Source: Ureaplasma parvum serovar 3 str. ATCC 27815
GTDB lineage: Bacteria > Bacillota_I > Bacilli_A > Mycoplasmatales > Mycoplasmoidaceae
Length of the DNA: 32,000 bases
Assembly: GCF_000019345.1 (NCBI RefSeq)
Contig: NC_010503.1
Coordinates: 60,001-92,000, forward strand
Reading direction: 5' to 3'
Position numbers and translations under genes: made by a program
Part shown: positions 22,173 through 32,000 of the stretch, piece after piece
Numbering within the stretch: position 1 is the first letter of the stretch
Layout: the number at the start of each line of letters is the position of its first letter
The notes under the pieces: generated by a model
What the model saw: only the letters and a program-made list of their open reading frames with translations
Database searches by the model: none
What the model was told of the DNA's origin: nothing

Positions 22173-23054
22173 ATGTTGAGTTCTATAAATAAGTTAAAAA
22201 ATAAATTAAAAAATCTAGCAAAAAAACCAATAAAAGTTTTATTTATTGAACAAAGTTTAGAAATTGATAAAGCAAAAAAAATGTTAAGTCAAGATACTTT
22301 AATTAATATCGTAGATTTGTCATCTTTTAAAACACCAGAAATTATTAATGAATGCGAAGAGATTTGATATGAATTACGAAAATTAAAAGGTGAGAGTCGA
22401 AATGATGCCCAAATAGCAGTTAATGACAATTTAAATTTTGCTGTTTGTTTAAGTTATTTAAAAAAAATCGATGTTTTAATTGTGGGTGCTAACTTGTCAT
22501 CAAAAACTTGTTTTAGTAGTATCTTAAAGATTTTGAAAAATCCTAACGGTTCGATCGCATATAGTACAATGGTTATGATTAATAAACGAGAATTAATTTT
22601 TATGAGTGATTGTGCTTTAAATTTAAACTTGAATAAACAACAAATGATTGATGCAGCAAAATATTCATGCACAATTAGTAGAAATTATTTTGATGTTTTA
22701 AACAATCATGTGGGATATATTAGTTATTTAAGTCAAAATGATGTTATTTATCAAAATAAAAATTTTGATTTTATTGGCCCAATTCAATTCGATGCTGTAG
22801 TTGATTTAAAAGTTCGTAATAAAAAAGTACCTAATATCCATCAATACCATATTAATCATTATGTTTTTGATAATATAAGTATTGCAAATACTGTTTTTAA
22901 AATTTATCAAACAAAACTTAATTATTTAACAGTCGGTACATATATTAGTAATATCTTAACAAAAGTTAGTGTTATTAGTCGTTCAGCAAGTAGTGATGAA
23001 ATTATTGCAACAACTTATTTATTATGCGTGGCTTTTTTAACAGATTTAACTTAA
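22173..23054 (+). CDS. pta: phosphate acetyltransferase-like protein (divergent Pta family member)
   Basis: Track ORFs 22149..22367 and 22482..23054 are in frame 3, joined by a TGA at 22365. The likely start is the ATG at 22173. Pta-like blocks are VGANLSSKT, FMSDCALNLN, GPIQFDAV and ISRSASSDEI, but several consensus positions are substituted. Confidence 0.6.
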
Positions 23055-23056
23055 AT

Positions 23057-23100
23057 TAAAAACCACTAAAGCTAAGTATTTTATACTTTAGTGGCTGATT
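23057..23100. terminator. bidirectional terminator between the convergent Pta-like and GntR genes
   Basis: The 9-bp perfect stem ccactaaag / ctttagtgg has an A-run upstream and a T-rich tract downstream. Confidence 0.7.
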
Positions 23101-23715
23101 TTAATTAATAATTAATTTATTAGTCTCTTCATAATCAAAATATTCTTTGCTAATGTGTGTTAAAATTAATAATTCTACTTTTAATGATGATGAAGTTAAT
23201 TTATTTAAAATAATTGGTGTGTTAAATTTAATATTTTCATCTTCTAAAATTGATTTTAATAAATTAATATTCTCATAATTAATTTGTGTTTTTACATTAA
23301 AAAAATCATCAAAACCAGAAAGAATTAATTGTTTACTAATATTAATGTTATTAGTATCGAATTGTTCTAAATCCATATTATTTGGTGTTATATAGTATGA
23401 TACTGCAATTATTTTTTTATTTTTAATTAAACTAAATTTAGTGATTGAATTAAACTTATTACCATGATATTCAAAATCAATTAGAAATTGTTCGTATTTA
23501 ATATTATCAATGGTTTTGTATAAATTAGCAAAAGCCTTGTTAGTAAAGTGATCAATACTTGAATAAACATAATAACCACTTCCTTTGATTGTTGTTACAA
23601 TGCCTAAAACTTTTAATACTTCATAAGCATTATGAATAGTGATTCGTCCACAATTAAAATAACTTGCTAGTTTATACTCACTAGGAATCAATTCATTTAT
23701 TTTATATTGATCCAT
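23101..23715 (-). CDS. GntR-family (HutC-like) transcriptional regulator; true start possibly upstream at a non-ATG codon
   Basis: The winged-HTH block is LIPSEYKLASYFNCGRITIHNAYEVLKVLGIVTTIKGSGYYV. A roughly 150-aa effector-type domain follows. The frame stays open for 28 codons upstream of the ATG. Confidence 0.7.
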   Translation of the reverse strand: MDQYKINELIPSEYKLASYFNCGRITIHNAYEVLKVLGIVTTIKGSGYYVYSSIDHFTNKAFANLYKTIDNIKYEQFLIDFEYHGNKFNSITKFSLIKNKKIIAVSYYITPNNMDLEQFDTNNINISKQLILSGFDDFFNVKTQINYENINLLKSILEDENIKFNTPIILNKLTSSSLKVELLILTHISKEYFDYEETNKLIIN

Positions 23716-23752
23716 AGCTATTTTTAAGATAATATAGCGAACAATGTAAGTT

Positions 23753-24409
23753 TTATTTGTCAGCGTTTTGTTTTGATTTGTTATTGTCTTGTATTTCCTT
23801 TATCTTTTTATCAAGTTCCATTTGTTCAGCTATTTTCTTACGAATATTAGCTTCAAGAATTGATAAATCACGATCAAATTTATCAACAATAAACGCTGTT
23901 GTTTTTTCTTCTAATAATGTTGATTTTGCAGCTTCTCATTGTGCTTTGTTTTCTTTAAAGTCACGAATTGATAAGTTTGTCTCTTCATAGTATGATTCAA
24001 GTATTTTTGTTAATTCTTCATCTTTAATTTCAATTGTAAATTCTTTTTGTAAATCTTGAAAAATTAGTGCTTTAGCGATGATTTTTTGTGCAATTTCATA
24101 AGCTAACTTTTCATCTTCAACACCAAATGCTTGTTTAATACGTGGTGCTAAATCTTTAATATCTTCTTCATTAACATCAATTTCATAAAAATCAGCAAGA
24201 TATGTCATTGCTTTATTAAACAAATTTTCACGAACAATAATGTTATGTAATTGTTGAGAACGTTGTTCTTCAGTTTGTTTTGCAAAAACTGTGTTAATTC
24301 TTTCTTTATGCATTTCTAATGCTTTAGGATCAACATTTAATTCTTCTAAAACAATTGTGTGTTTCCAATCAATCGGTTTTTTATTAACGATGGTACTTTT
24401 AAAATTCAT
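23753..24409 (-). CDS. hypothetical acidic helical protein (faint resemblance to the trigger-factor C-terminal domain)
   Basis: Track ORF 23936..24409 ends at a TGA. Reading through it extends the frame to a TAA at 23753, giving 218 aa. The RBS aaggaa lies upstream. The functional call is weak. Confidence 0.5.
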
Positions 24410-24499
24410 ATATTATTTCCTTTTAGTTATCAAATAAATCATGAGTTTAATACACGTATATTATAATATTTTAATTTATTTACTTTAATTACTAAAATA

Positions 24500-25375
24500 T
24501 TATTCACTATTTGATAAATAATCTTTAACTTTAATCTTATGAACAATTTTTTGATTATCAACAATATCAATTTGAGCATCAATGTTATAAACGTTTTTTA
24601 ATAACTCTTTAGTAATAACTTCATTTGGATTACCATTTGCATAGATTTGCCCATTTTTTAAGACAAAAACTTCATCACTATATTGAATAGCTTGATTAAT
24701 ATCATGTAAAATTGCAATAATTGTTTTTTGACGTAAAATTTGTAATTTTTTTAGTGATTCAAGTAATTCATATTGATTTTTAATATCTAAATATGTAGTT
24801 GGTTCATCTAATAAAATAATTGGAGTATCTTGAACTAAACACAATGCTAAAATAACTTTTTGGCGCTGACCACCAGATAATTCTTGCATAAATTTTTCTT
24901 TTAAATCGTGCAGTTGCATTTCATTAATTACTAAATCAATAATTAATTTATCTTCTTTTCCTAAAATACCACTAAATCCTAAATATGGATTACGACCAAA
25001 CGTAATAAAATCAATAACACGAGTGCCTTGGGGAATTTCAATACTTTGAGGAATGTAAGAAATTAATTGTGCTAATTGTTTAAAACTTAATTCATTAATG
25101 TTTCTATCAAACACTTTAATAATATTTTTTTTAAGTTTTAATAATTTAACAATCGCTTTCGCTGTTGTAGACTTACCACATCCATTTGGTCCTAAAATTG
25201 TTGTAAATGAATTTTTTTTAATACTAAATGATAAATTTTTTAAAACTTCAGGAAGTTTTTTGTGATATCTATAAGATAAATTATTAATAATTAAAGCGTC
25301 GTTTTTACTTGCATTAATAATTTGATTCCGATCTAATTGATGATTGCAAAAGTATTTAGCAAAAATTTTAAACAT
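24500..25375 (-). CDS. ABC importer ATP-binding protein (FhuC/FecE-type, iron-chelate/cobalamin class)
   Basis: This is an intact 291-aa ORF. The Walker A motif is GPNGCGKST, the signature is LSGGQRQK, Walker B is ILLDEPTTYLD and the H-loop is ILHDIN. It lies 4 nt downstream of the permease gene. Confidence 0.88.
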   Translation of the reverse strand: MFKIFAKYFCNHQLDRNQIINASKNDALIINNLSYRYHKKLPEVLKNLSFSIKKNSFTTILGPNGCGKSTTAKAIVKLLKLKKNIIKVFDRNINELSFKQLAQLISYIPQSIEIPQGTRVIDFITFGRNPYLGFSGILGKEDKLIIDLVINEMQLHDLKEKFMQELSGGQRQKVILALCLVQDTPIILLDEPTTYLDIKNQYELLESLKKLQILRQKTIIAILHDINQAIQYSDEVFVLKNGQIYANGNPNEVITKELLKNVYNIDAQIDIVDNQKIVHKIKVKDYLSNSE

Positions 25376-25379
25376 ATTT

Positions 25380-26450
25380 TTATTTTCCTCTCACAATTAG
25401 ATACATAAAATAAGGTGTAATAATTGTTGTTGATAAAAAACCAACTGGTACTTGTGTATTAAAATTAACCGAAATTAATAACGCAAAACACACTAAAGTT
25501 GCGCCGATTAAAAATGCTGCAAACATTGTAATACCTGTTCTATTACCAAATAATTGACGTGCAACGCTAGCGCCAATAACTCCTAATAAAGCTATATAAC
25601 CAACTAAAACAATTTCTAATCCTGCTAATAAAGCCACTAGTAAATAAATACTAATTTTTAAACGCTCAATATTAATTCCTGTTGTTGATGCTAAAGCAGC
25701 GCTTGTTTCGTATAAATCAATTTTTTTACGTAAAAATCAAATTGGAATCAATGTTAATGCAATTAATACTGAGCAAGAGATTACTAATGATAAATCAATA
25801 TATTGCGAATTTGGAATAATTCCTAAAGTATAATTTTTGATATTTTCAAAAGCAATCATTAAATTTTTATCTTGATTGGAGAACAATGAATTATTAGCAG
25901 GATTAATTAAAACCACGGAAATCGCTTCAAATAAAAAATTCAAAGCAATTCCGATAATAATAAATTTTTCATTATTAGCTCTTCCTAATTTTGATAATGT
26001 ATAAACAATACTTGTTCCAAAAATTGATGATAAAAACATCACCAAGGGTAAAATTCGCATTTCAGGATTTAAATAACTGCTTGTTTTATCTTTAATAAGA
26101 ATTAAATATACTGTCATTAAAATGATGTTTAATGAACCAATACCTAAAACTGACGTATCTGCTAAATGATTACGTGTAACTTTTTGTAATAATAATCCAG
26201 CTACAGCAATTGCTCCTCCTGAAAAAAAGGCCATTAAAGTTTTAGGACCACGAATATTAAAATTAAATTGATTGATCGATGCTTCAAAACCATTAGTGGT
26301 ATCAAAATAAATTGCTAATGTTAAAAAAACAAAACAAATGGCAATGAGAATTAGTCCTGCCATTTTAATGATTACAGATTGTTTATAATTAAGATTTTTA
26401 ATTAAATAAAAATGCTTTTGCTTTAAATTCGTTTTTTGATTAATTTTCAT
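25380..26450 (-). CDS. ABC importer permease (FecCD family)
   Basis: Track ORFs 25737..26450 and 25380..25637 share one frame, joined through in-frame TGA codons. The protein is polytopic and hydrophobic throughout, with a Gly-rich C-terminal third typical of FecCD/BtuC permeases. Confidence 0.8.
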
Positions 26451-26468
26451 TGATTCTCGTTTTTTTTA

Positions 26469-28436
26469 TTATTTTTGGTTAACAAATGTTTTTCAATATG
26501 AACCCCAATCATTAGCTTCTTTTAACAATTGTTTATTTTGTTGGATTAATTGCGGATCAATTGTTTTATTAATAATTTTAATCACAGAATCTAAAATCAT
26601 ATTATATCCAATAGGTGATTTAATTCCATCATTTCATAATTCATAATTATCATCAAAAATACGCTTCGCTGGATCATCATAATCTGATTTAATTAATGAC
26701 ATGATTAATTCTTTTTGTGGTCTTGATAAATTATTACTATGAAAATCTTCTAAGTTTTGATAACTAATTTTAATTAAATAGTCGAACTCTGAATTAAATT
26801 TAGCAAAGTTACTAGCACTTAATGATCCCTCTCCTAAATTTCATCATCAACCATTATCATCCATATTAAATAGAGAACCAACAATGTTTTTATCAATTTG
26901 TGTCCCATCTTGATTATCACCACCAAAACAATGAATTTGTCCATTTCCGTGTCTATGACATAATAATTGTTTGCCGTTAACATCTTCTAATAATTCAGTC
27001 CATTCGTCCTTTTTTAAGATTGGTTTAGGTGCTTTAAACCCTAAATCATAATATAAAAAACCGTATTTAGATTGAGTTTGTAAAGTTGAAGAACCACTAT
27101 TTTGTGATGTAGTTAATAAGCCTAAAGTTTTGGAATTAGTATTATCAAATTGTTTTATATTAGGATTATAATTTTTATCAACAACGCCAATTGCTTGAAA
27201 ATACAAACGCATTTTGTTTAAGCGATTAATTAAATTATTAGCAATTTGATTAGCATTAAATAACGCTTTTTTTAATGGTTCTAATTTTGCTAAATTATCT
27301 TTAAAATCAATTTTTGCTTCTTCTGAGTATGCATATTTTGTTGTTGCATAAGCAATATCATATAAATAAAGCAATGAATCGCGCATTGTTCCTAAATAAA
27401 CCTGTGTACCTCCATCTCATCGCATATTTTGTTCATAAATAGGATGGTGTTGTAGAATTGATGTAACATAACTATCTTGTTTTGTAGTTGATAAAAAAGG
27501 ATCATAATTTAATTTATTTAATCCTGATTCCCTAACTTTTTTTGTTAACACAACTGTTTTAAATGCTTCATAAATTTTTGAATTTAATGATTTAGGATCT
27601 TTTCATTTTGTTTCAGTATAAAAAATAGGTATATCATTACCTTCTAAAATTCTTTTTTTAAAAGCTGAATTATTAAAATTAATACCATCAAATGTTTCAG
27701 CATTAAAATAGTTTTTGTTTAATTTATCAGCAAAATAGGAATAATTATAAAGTTCGTTTAATTCACCTTTTTCTTTATCCTTATACTCTAAACCTAACAA
27801 TAGACTTTTACGTAATAATGAGTTAGGATCGTTTTTAAAATTTAAAATGTCATTTTTATTTAAGGTTAAATAAAAATCACGACTCATTTTAAAATCAACA
27901 GGAATAGCAGTTTTTTGATTTGATATCGGGCCACCATGTGCAACTAATGTTTTTTTTGCACGTTCAAAATGACTATTATCAATCAAATAACGATCATAAT
28001 AAACAAGTTTGCCTTTATTTTTATTTCAATACTCTTCACTTACACCTTCGCCATAAGTATTGCCACTAAAGCTTCATCATGTAGTTCCATATTGTTTAAT
28101 ATTTTTTTCTAAATTAATTAATTTTTCTTTAAATTTATTAGCAAAATCGTCTTTTTCATAAAATCATTTTTGATAATTTGGTTTTTGGGGATTTAAATAA
28201 TCATAAGGTGAATTTTTCTTTCAATACATTTGTTGAGGATAATAATCAGGTGTAATTCCTAACGCTAATAAATTATCAGCCTGAGAAGTATAAGTTGGCA
28301 TTATATCGTATTTGATTTGCTCTTGAACGTTTGCAGATGTTTTTTTTGTACATGAACTAATAATTGTTGTTGTACCAATTACAATAGAAATTGTTGCCAA
28401 CATACTAATTAAATATTTTTTTGTTTTCTTATGCAT
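26469..28436 (-). CDS. large lipoprotein, putative substrate-binding component of the FecCD-type ABC importer
   Basis: Track ORFs 28221..28475, 27603..27986 and 26847..27386 share one frame. The frame continues through TGA codons to a TAA at 26469. The preferred start is the ATG at 28436, preceded by aagga. The lipoprotein signal is MHKKTKKYLISMLATISIVIGTTTIISSC. ADNLLALGITPD is typical of the cluster-A binding-protein N-lobe. The gene is first in the operon with the permease and ATPase. Confidence 0.75.
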
Positions 28437-28668
28437 TTTTAGATCCTTAATTTTATTTATTTGAATTCTTATCAATTATAAATAAAACAACAATTATGGA
28501 TATAATTAAATTAATTAAATATCTAATTAATCAAAATTAATAATAAAAAATGGAATTAATAAAGCTTTTTTTAAAAAATAAAAGTTTTTAATTCAATTAA
28601 TATTTATATATAATAAAATAGAAGTCAAATTATGACTTGATAATAATTTTTATAACAAAAGGAAACTT

Positions 28669-29997
28669 ATGATTGAAGATTCCCAGGAAACGATCAGTAC
28701 TCAAGCAAATTTTAGCGTTGGCATTTTAGTAATATTAGCAATAATTACTCTTATTTTGATATGTTTTTCAGTCTTTTTTTCAGCAGCCGAAACTGCTATT
28801 ACCAGTGTCACAACCGTAAAATGAAAAACTGAAAGCAATAAAATTAAATCAAAAACAATTACTAATGTTGTTTATAAAATGATTAATAATTATACAATTA
28901 CCTTGGCAACCATTTTAATTGGTAACACATTAGTAAATACAGCATCATCAACAATCGCAGGTTTATTTTTTGCAGGTATAATGAAATCTTTTAGTACAAC
29001 AAGTAACGCTGAAGCTATTGGTACAGGAATTGCAACAGGAATTATAACTTTAATTGTTTTAATATTTGGCGAATTTATTCCTAAAAATTTTGCTAAGAAA
29101 AATCCGATTAAAGTTCTTAAATTAGTAGCTTATCCCTTAAATTGTTTCTATATACTTTTTTGGCCATTAACTTGATCTTTAAATCGAATTTTTAATAAAA
29201 AATCACAAAATATTATCACAGCCACTGAAGAAGAATTAAAATCGCTTATTGAAGTTATTCGTCATGAAGGAACTTTAGATAGTCAAGAAGCATTAATTAT
29301 TAATAAAGCAATTTTATTTGATGATATATTAATTAAACAAAAAATGGTTCCATGAACACAAGTTGTTAAAATTAATGAAAATAAAACTGTTCTTCAAAGT
29401 TTTGAAATTTTTAATTCAACTGGATTTTCGCGTTTGGTTGTAGTCAATAAAAACGATGAGGTTGTTGGTATTATTTATTTAAAAAAAATTATTAAATATC
29501 TTCTTAACGAACCTAATAAAATCATTAGAACTATCATGCAAACACCTTTATTAATAAACCAAAAAGATACATTATATGATGGTTTAAGAACAATGCAATT
29601 TCAAAGAATTCATTTAGGAATTGTTGTTGATAATATTACTGAAAAAAATCCTATAGGAATCATTACATTAGAAAACATTACTGAAGAATTAACTGGTAAT
29701 GTTTATGATGAAACTGATAATGAGAACGAAATAAAAGAAATTCAAATCGTTAATGAAACAACTTGACGTGTTGATGCTAAAACTAACGCTAAATTATTTT
29801 TACATCAATATATTGACAAAGATATTGAAGTTAACGATGATATTAGTATGGGCAAATATATTTCTAAAATTAATAAAAATCGCGCATTTAAAAACCGCCA
29901 ATTAATTAACACTCCTAATATGTATATTGAAACTTTTAAAGATGTAAGAACAAATCAATTTGCCTTTTTAATTGAAAAAAAGATTAATCAATCCTAA
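28669..29997 (+). CDS. CorC/HlyC (TlyC)-family membrane protein with DUF21, CBS pair and C-terminal transporter-associated domain
   Basis: Frame 1 is continuous from the ATG at 28669 through in-frame TGA codons into track ORFs 28879..29175 and 29434..29766, ending at a TAA at 29995. The N-terminal TM region contains FFSAAETAITSV and GEFIPKNFAK. CBS-like repeats follow. Confidence 0.85.
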
Positions 29998-30007
29998 ACA
30001 ATGAGAT

Positions 30008-30039
30008 AAAAAAACTAGTTTTTAAAAACTAGTTTTTTT
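30008..30039. terminator. 32-nt perfect palindrome acting as a likely bidirectional terminator between the convergent CorC-like gene and whiA
   Basis: The sequence aaaaaaactagtttttaaaaactagttttttt equals its own reverse complement. It has an A7 run on one side and a T7 run on the other. It contains the whiA stop codon at 30015..30017. Confidence 0.65.
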
Positions 30040-31007
30040 AATTTTAATTCTTCATACATTTCTTTAATACGAGAATTAAAATGATTTAAACCACTTTTTG
30101 AAATTTCAATATTAAACATCTGTTTTAATAAACAAGAAAGTTCATTTAATGAACAGTCTGGATTTTGTACTCGTAGTTCACAATACTTTAAAAATTTAGT
30201 ACTTTGTTTGCAAAATTCATCGTGGTTTTTTTTTATTTCTAAAATCATTTCTTTAGTCAAAACCCCTGCTTTAGAACTTTTAGAAAGGTTAGAAATATCT
30301 AAATTATTTAAACGTTGTTGTTGATTATTAAAATCACGTTGGATACGAATATTCTCAAATTCAAATAACGAATTTTGCGTACGGATCGCTTTTAAAAAAT
30401 CACTGATTATCTCTGATTTTTTAAAATAAACAATGGTTTTTTTATTACGATAAATAATTTTATATTCTAAACCATAACGGGCTAAAGCCTTTGTTAATAA
30501 TGGGATGTAATTATTTGAATCACAGCGAATTTCTAAATGATAGTTTTCAAGTGGGTGTGCAATTGAACCACCAGACAACATTGCACCAATTAAAAAATTT
30601 GAACAATAGCGGTCTTTATGAAAATTTTCATTATTCGCATCATCAAATAGTTTTAAAATTTCATCTAATTTATCCAAATCACCTCAAAGTAATAGCGAAT
30701 AATTAGTACGAGTTTTATTTAAATGGTCAGGCTCAAACATAATCTCATATTCAATATTTAAATTATTAAAATAATCTAAACCATTTAAAATAAATTCAAT
30801 AATTTGTAAATTTTGAGATTTAATAATTCAAGTTAGTTTTTGACCAATTTTAATGGTTAAATTATTACGAAAAAACGAATATAAAATAACTTTATAGTCT
30901 GTGGATGAATAATCAGTGTTAGTATAAATATCTTCTTTAACAAATTCACTAAACGTGAATTTGTTAGAATCATTATCAATTATTTCTTGTAATGTACTCT
31001 TTGGCAT
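30015..31007 (-). CDS. whiA: DNA-binding sporulation-regulator homologue WhiA
   Basis: Track ORFs 30828..31100 and 30015..30677 share one frame, joined by TGA codons. The N-terminal block is [19 protein letters not shown]-like middle region and a C-terminal HTH ([29 protein letters not shown]) follow. The start at the ATG at 31007 is uncertain. The gene sits immediately downstream of trxB, as in other Mollicutes and Firmicutes. Confidence 0.8.
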
Positions 31008-31902
31008 AAAGTGCTGCAATGACTCCATCATTTGTAGCAGTCGCAATTTGTCGAACATTTTTATCAACAATATCACCGGCTGCAAAAATACCACAAACAC
31101 TAGTTTGCATATTTTTATCAGTTGTAATAAATCCGTTTACCTCATTAAAAATACATAAATTATTTGTATTAATTCTTGAAGGCAATAGGCCAATAAAAGT
31201 GAAATTAGCTTCAATATTTAGTGTAGTTACTTCGTTTGTGATTAAATCTCTAAATTTTAAACCTTCTAAAAACTGATGACCAAAAAATTCGAATGTTTGT
31301 TTATTGTAATAAATTTTTATATTAGGTGTGTTATTTGCAATTTGTACTAATTGTTGTTCTGCTTTAAATTGTGGTTTATTGGCAATTAAATGAACTTCTT
31401 TAGCAATTGTAGCTAAATATATGGCCTCTTCCACAGCAGAGTTACCAGATCCAATCACAGAGACAGCTTTATTTTTATAAAGTGGTCCATCACAAATAGC
31501 GCAATAACTAATTCCCTTGTTTTCAAATTCTAATTCACCTAAAATGTTTAACCGTCTATTTTCTGTTCCTGTTGCAATAATTACAGTTTTAGTAATTAAT
31601 GTTTGTGTAGTTAATTTAATTTTTTTATATTTTTCTTTTAAAGATATTTCATCAGCAGCTTCATAAATAATAGAAACATTTAAATTTAAGACTTGTTCGT
31701 ACATTTTATAAGCCAATTCAGGTCCTGGAATACTATTGATACCTAAATAATTTTCTACATTTGATGTTAATGCTATTTTTCCTCCTGGGAATTGTTTTTC
31801 AACAATGATCACATTTAATCCAGAACGTTTAGCATAAACAGCAGCAGCTAAACCGGCTGGACCTGCGCCAATGATTACTAAATCGTAAACTTCTTGATTC
31901 AT
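30973..31902 (-). CDS. trxB: thioredoxin-disulfide reductase
   Basis: The FAD motif is [13 protein letters not shown], the redox-active motif is CAICDG and the NADPH motif is [10 protein letters not shown]. The track end at 30976 is a TGA. Read as Trp, the real stop is the TAA at 30973. Confidence 0.93.
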
Positions 31903-31920
31903 TTAAAATCCTTTTCTTTA

Positions 31921-32000
31921 TTATTTATGACAATAAAATAAAAATTCTTCTGGCTTTCTTAATTCTCCAAATTTATGAATTTGGTCTTTCTTTTTATAAA
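31921..32000 (-). CDS. 3' end of an unidentified upstream gene (partial)
   Basis: The open frame enters from the window edge and ends at a TAA at 31921. The tail reads ...YKKKDQIHKFGELRKPEEFLFYCHK. It is too short to identify. Confidence 0.35.
   Translation of the reverse strand, partial: YKKKDQIHKFGELRKPEEFLFYCHK

Noticed and set aside
28437-28475. The TTG start at 28475 used by the ORF track for the binding lipoprotein.
   Set aside because: The ATG at 28436 is preceded by aagga. It yields a canonical lipoprotein signal with a basic n-region, a hydrophobic core and ISSC. The extra 13 residues add nothing signal-like.
28622-28638. Inverted repeat aagtca-aatta-tgactt in the leader of the CorC-like gene, considered as a possible operator.
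   Set aside because: The arms are only 6 bp in very AT-rich DNA. I saw no second copy in the window and there is no known cognate regulator. It is indistinguishable from chance.

Overview
This window looks like a chromosomal segment from a Mollicute (Mycoplasma-type) genome. It is very AT-rich and densely coding. Nearly every long gene appears in the standard-code ORF track as several same-frame pieces separated only by TGA, so UGA must be read as Trp (genetic code 4). After re-joining the pieces I count about 27 protein genes. I see no rRNA, tRNA, tmRNA, CRISPR array or recognisable mobile element.

Left to right, the genes are:
- The 3' five genes of a non-canonical F1-like ATPase operon: gamma-like, a small epsilon-like candidate, a 721-aa exported membrane-anchored protein, alpha-like and beta-like. 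Two terminators follow.
- A 1138-aa surface lipoprotein that fuses a 5'-nucleotidase-like region, with apparently ablated catalytic motifs, to a DNase I-type (EEP) nuclease domain.
- secG-rnr-smpB.
- An overlapping pair of half-size ABC exporter genes with the signature of one degenerate ATP site.
- An orphan membrane-anchored protein.
- lysS.
- On the minus strand, a nucleoside 2-deoxyribosyltransferase, a small membrane protein and pepF.
- A divergent Pta-like gene.
- On the minus strand, a GntR-type regulator and a hypothetical protein.
- A FecCD/Fhu-type ABC importer operon with an unusually large lipoprotein binding component.
- A CorC/HlyC-type CBS-domain membrane protein.
- trxB-whiA on the minus strand.

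The most interesting locus is the F1-like ATPase cluster and its exported partner protein. As far as I recall, it belongs to the F1-like X0 ATPases described only in mycoplasmas, whose partner subunits and function remain largely unknown. All homology statements are by-eye motif recognition, because no searches could be run.
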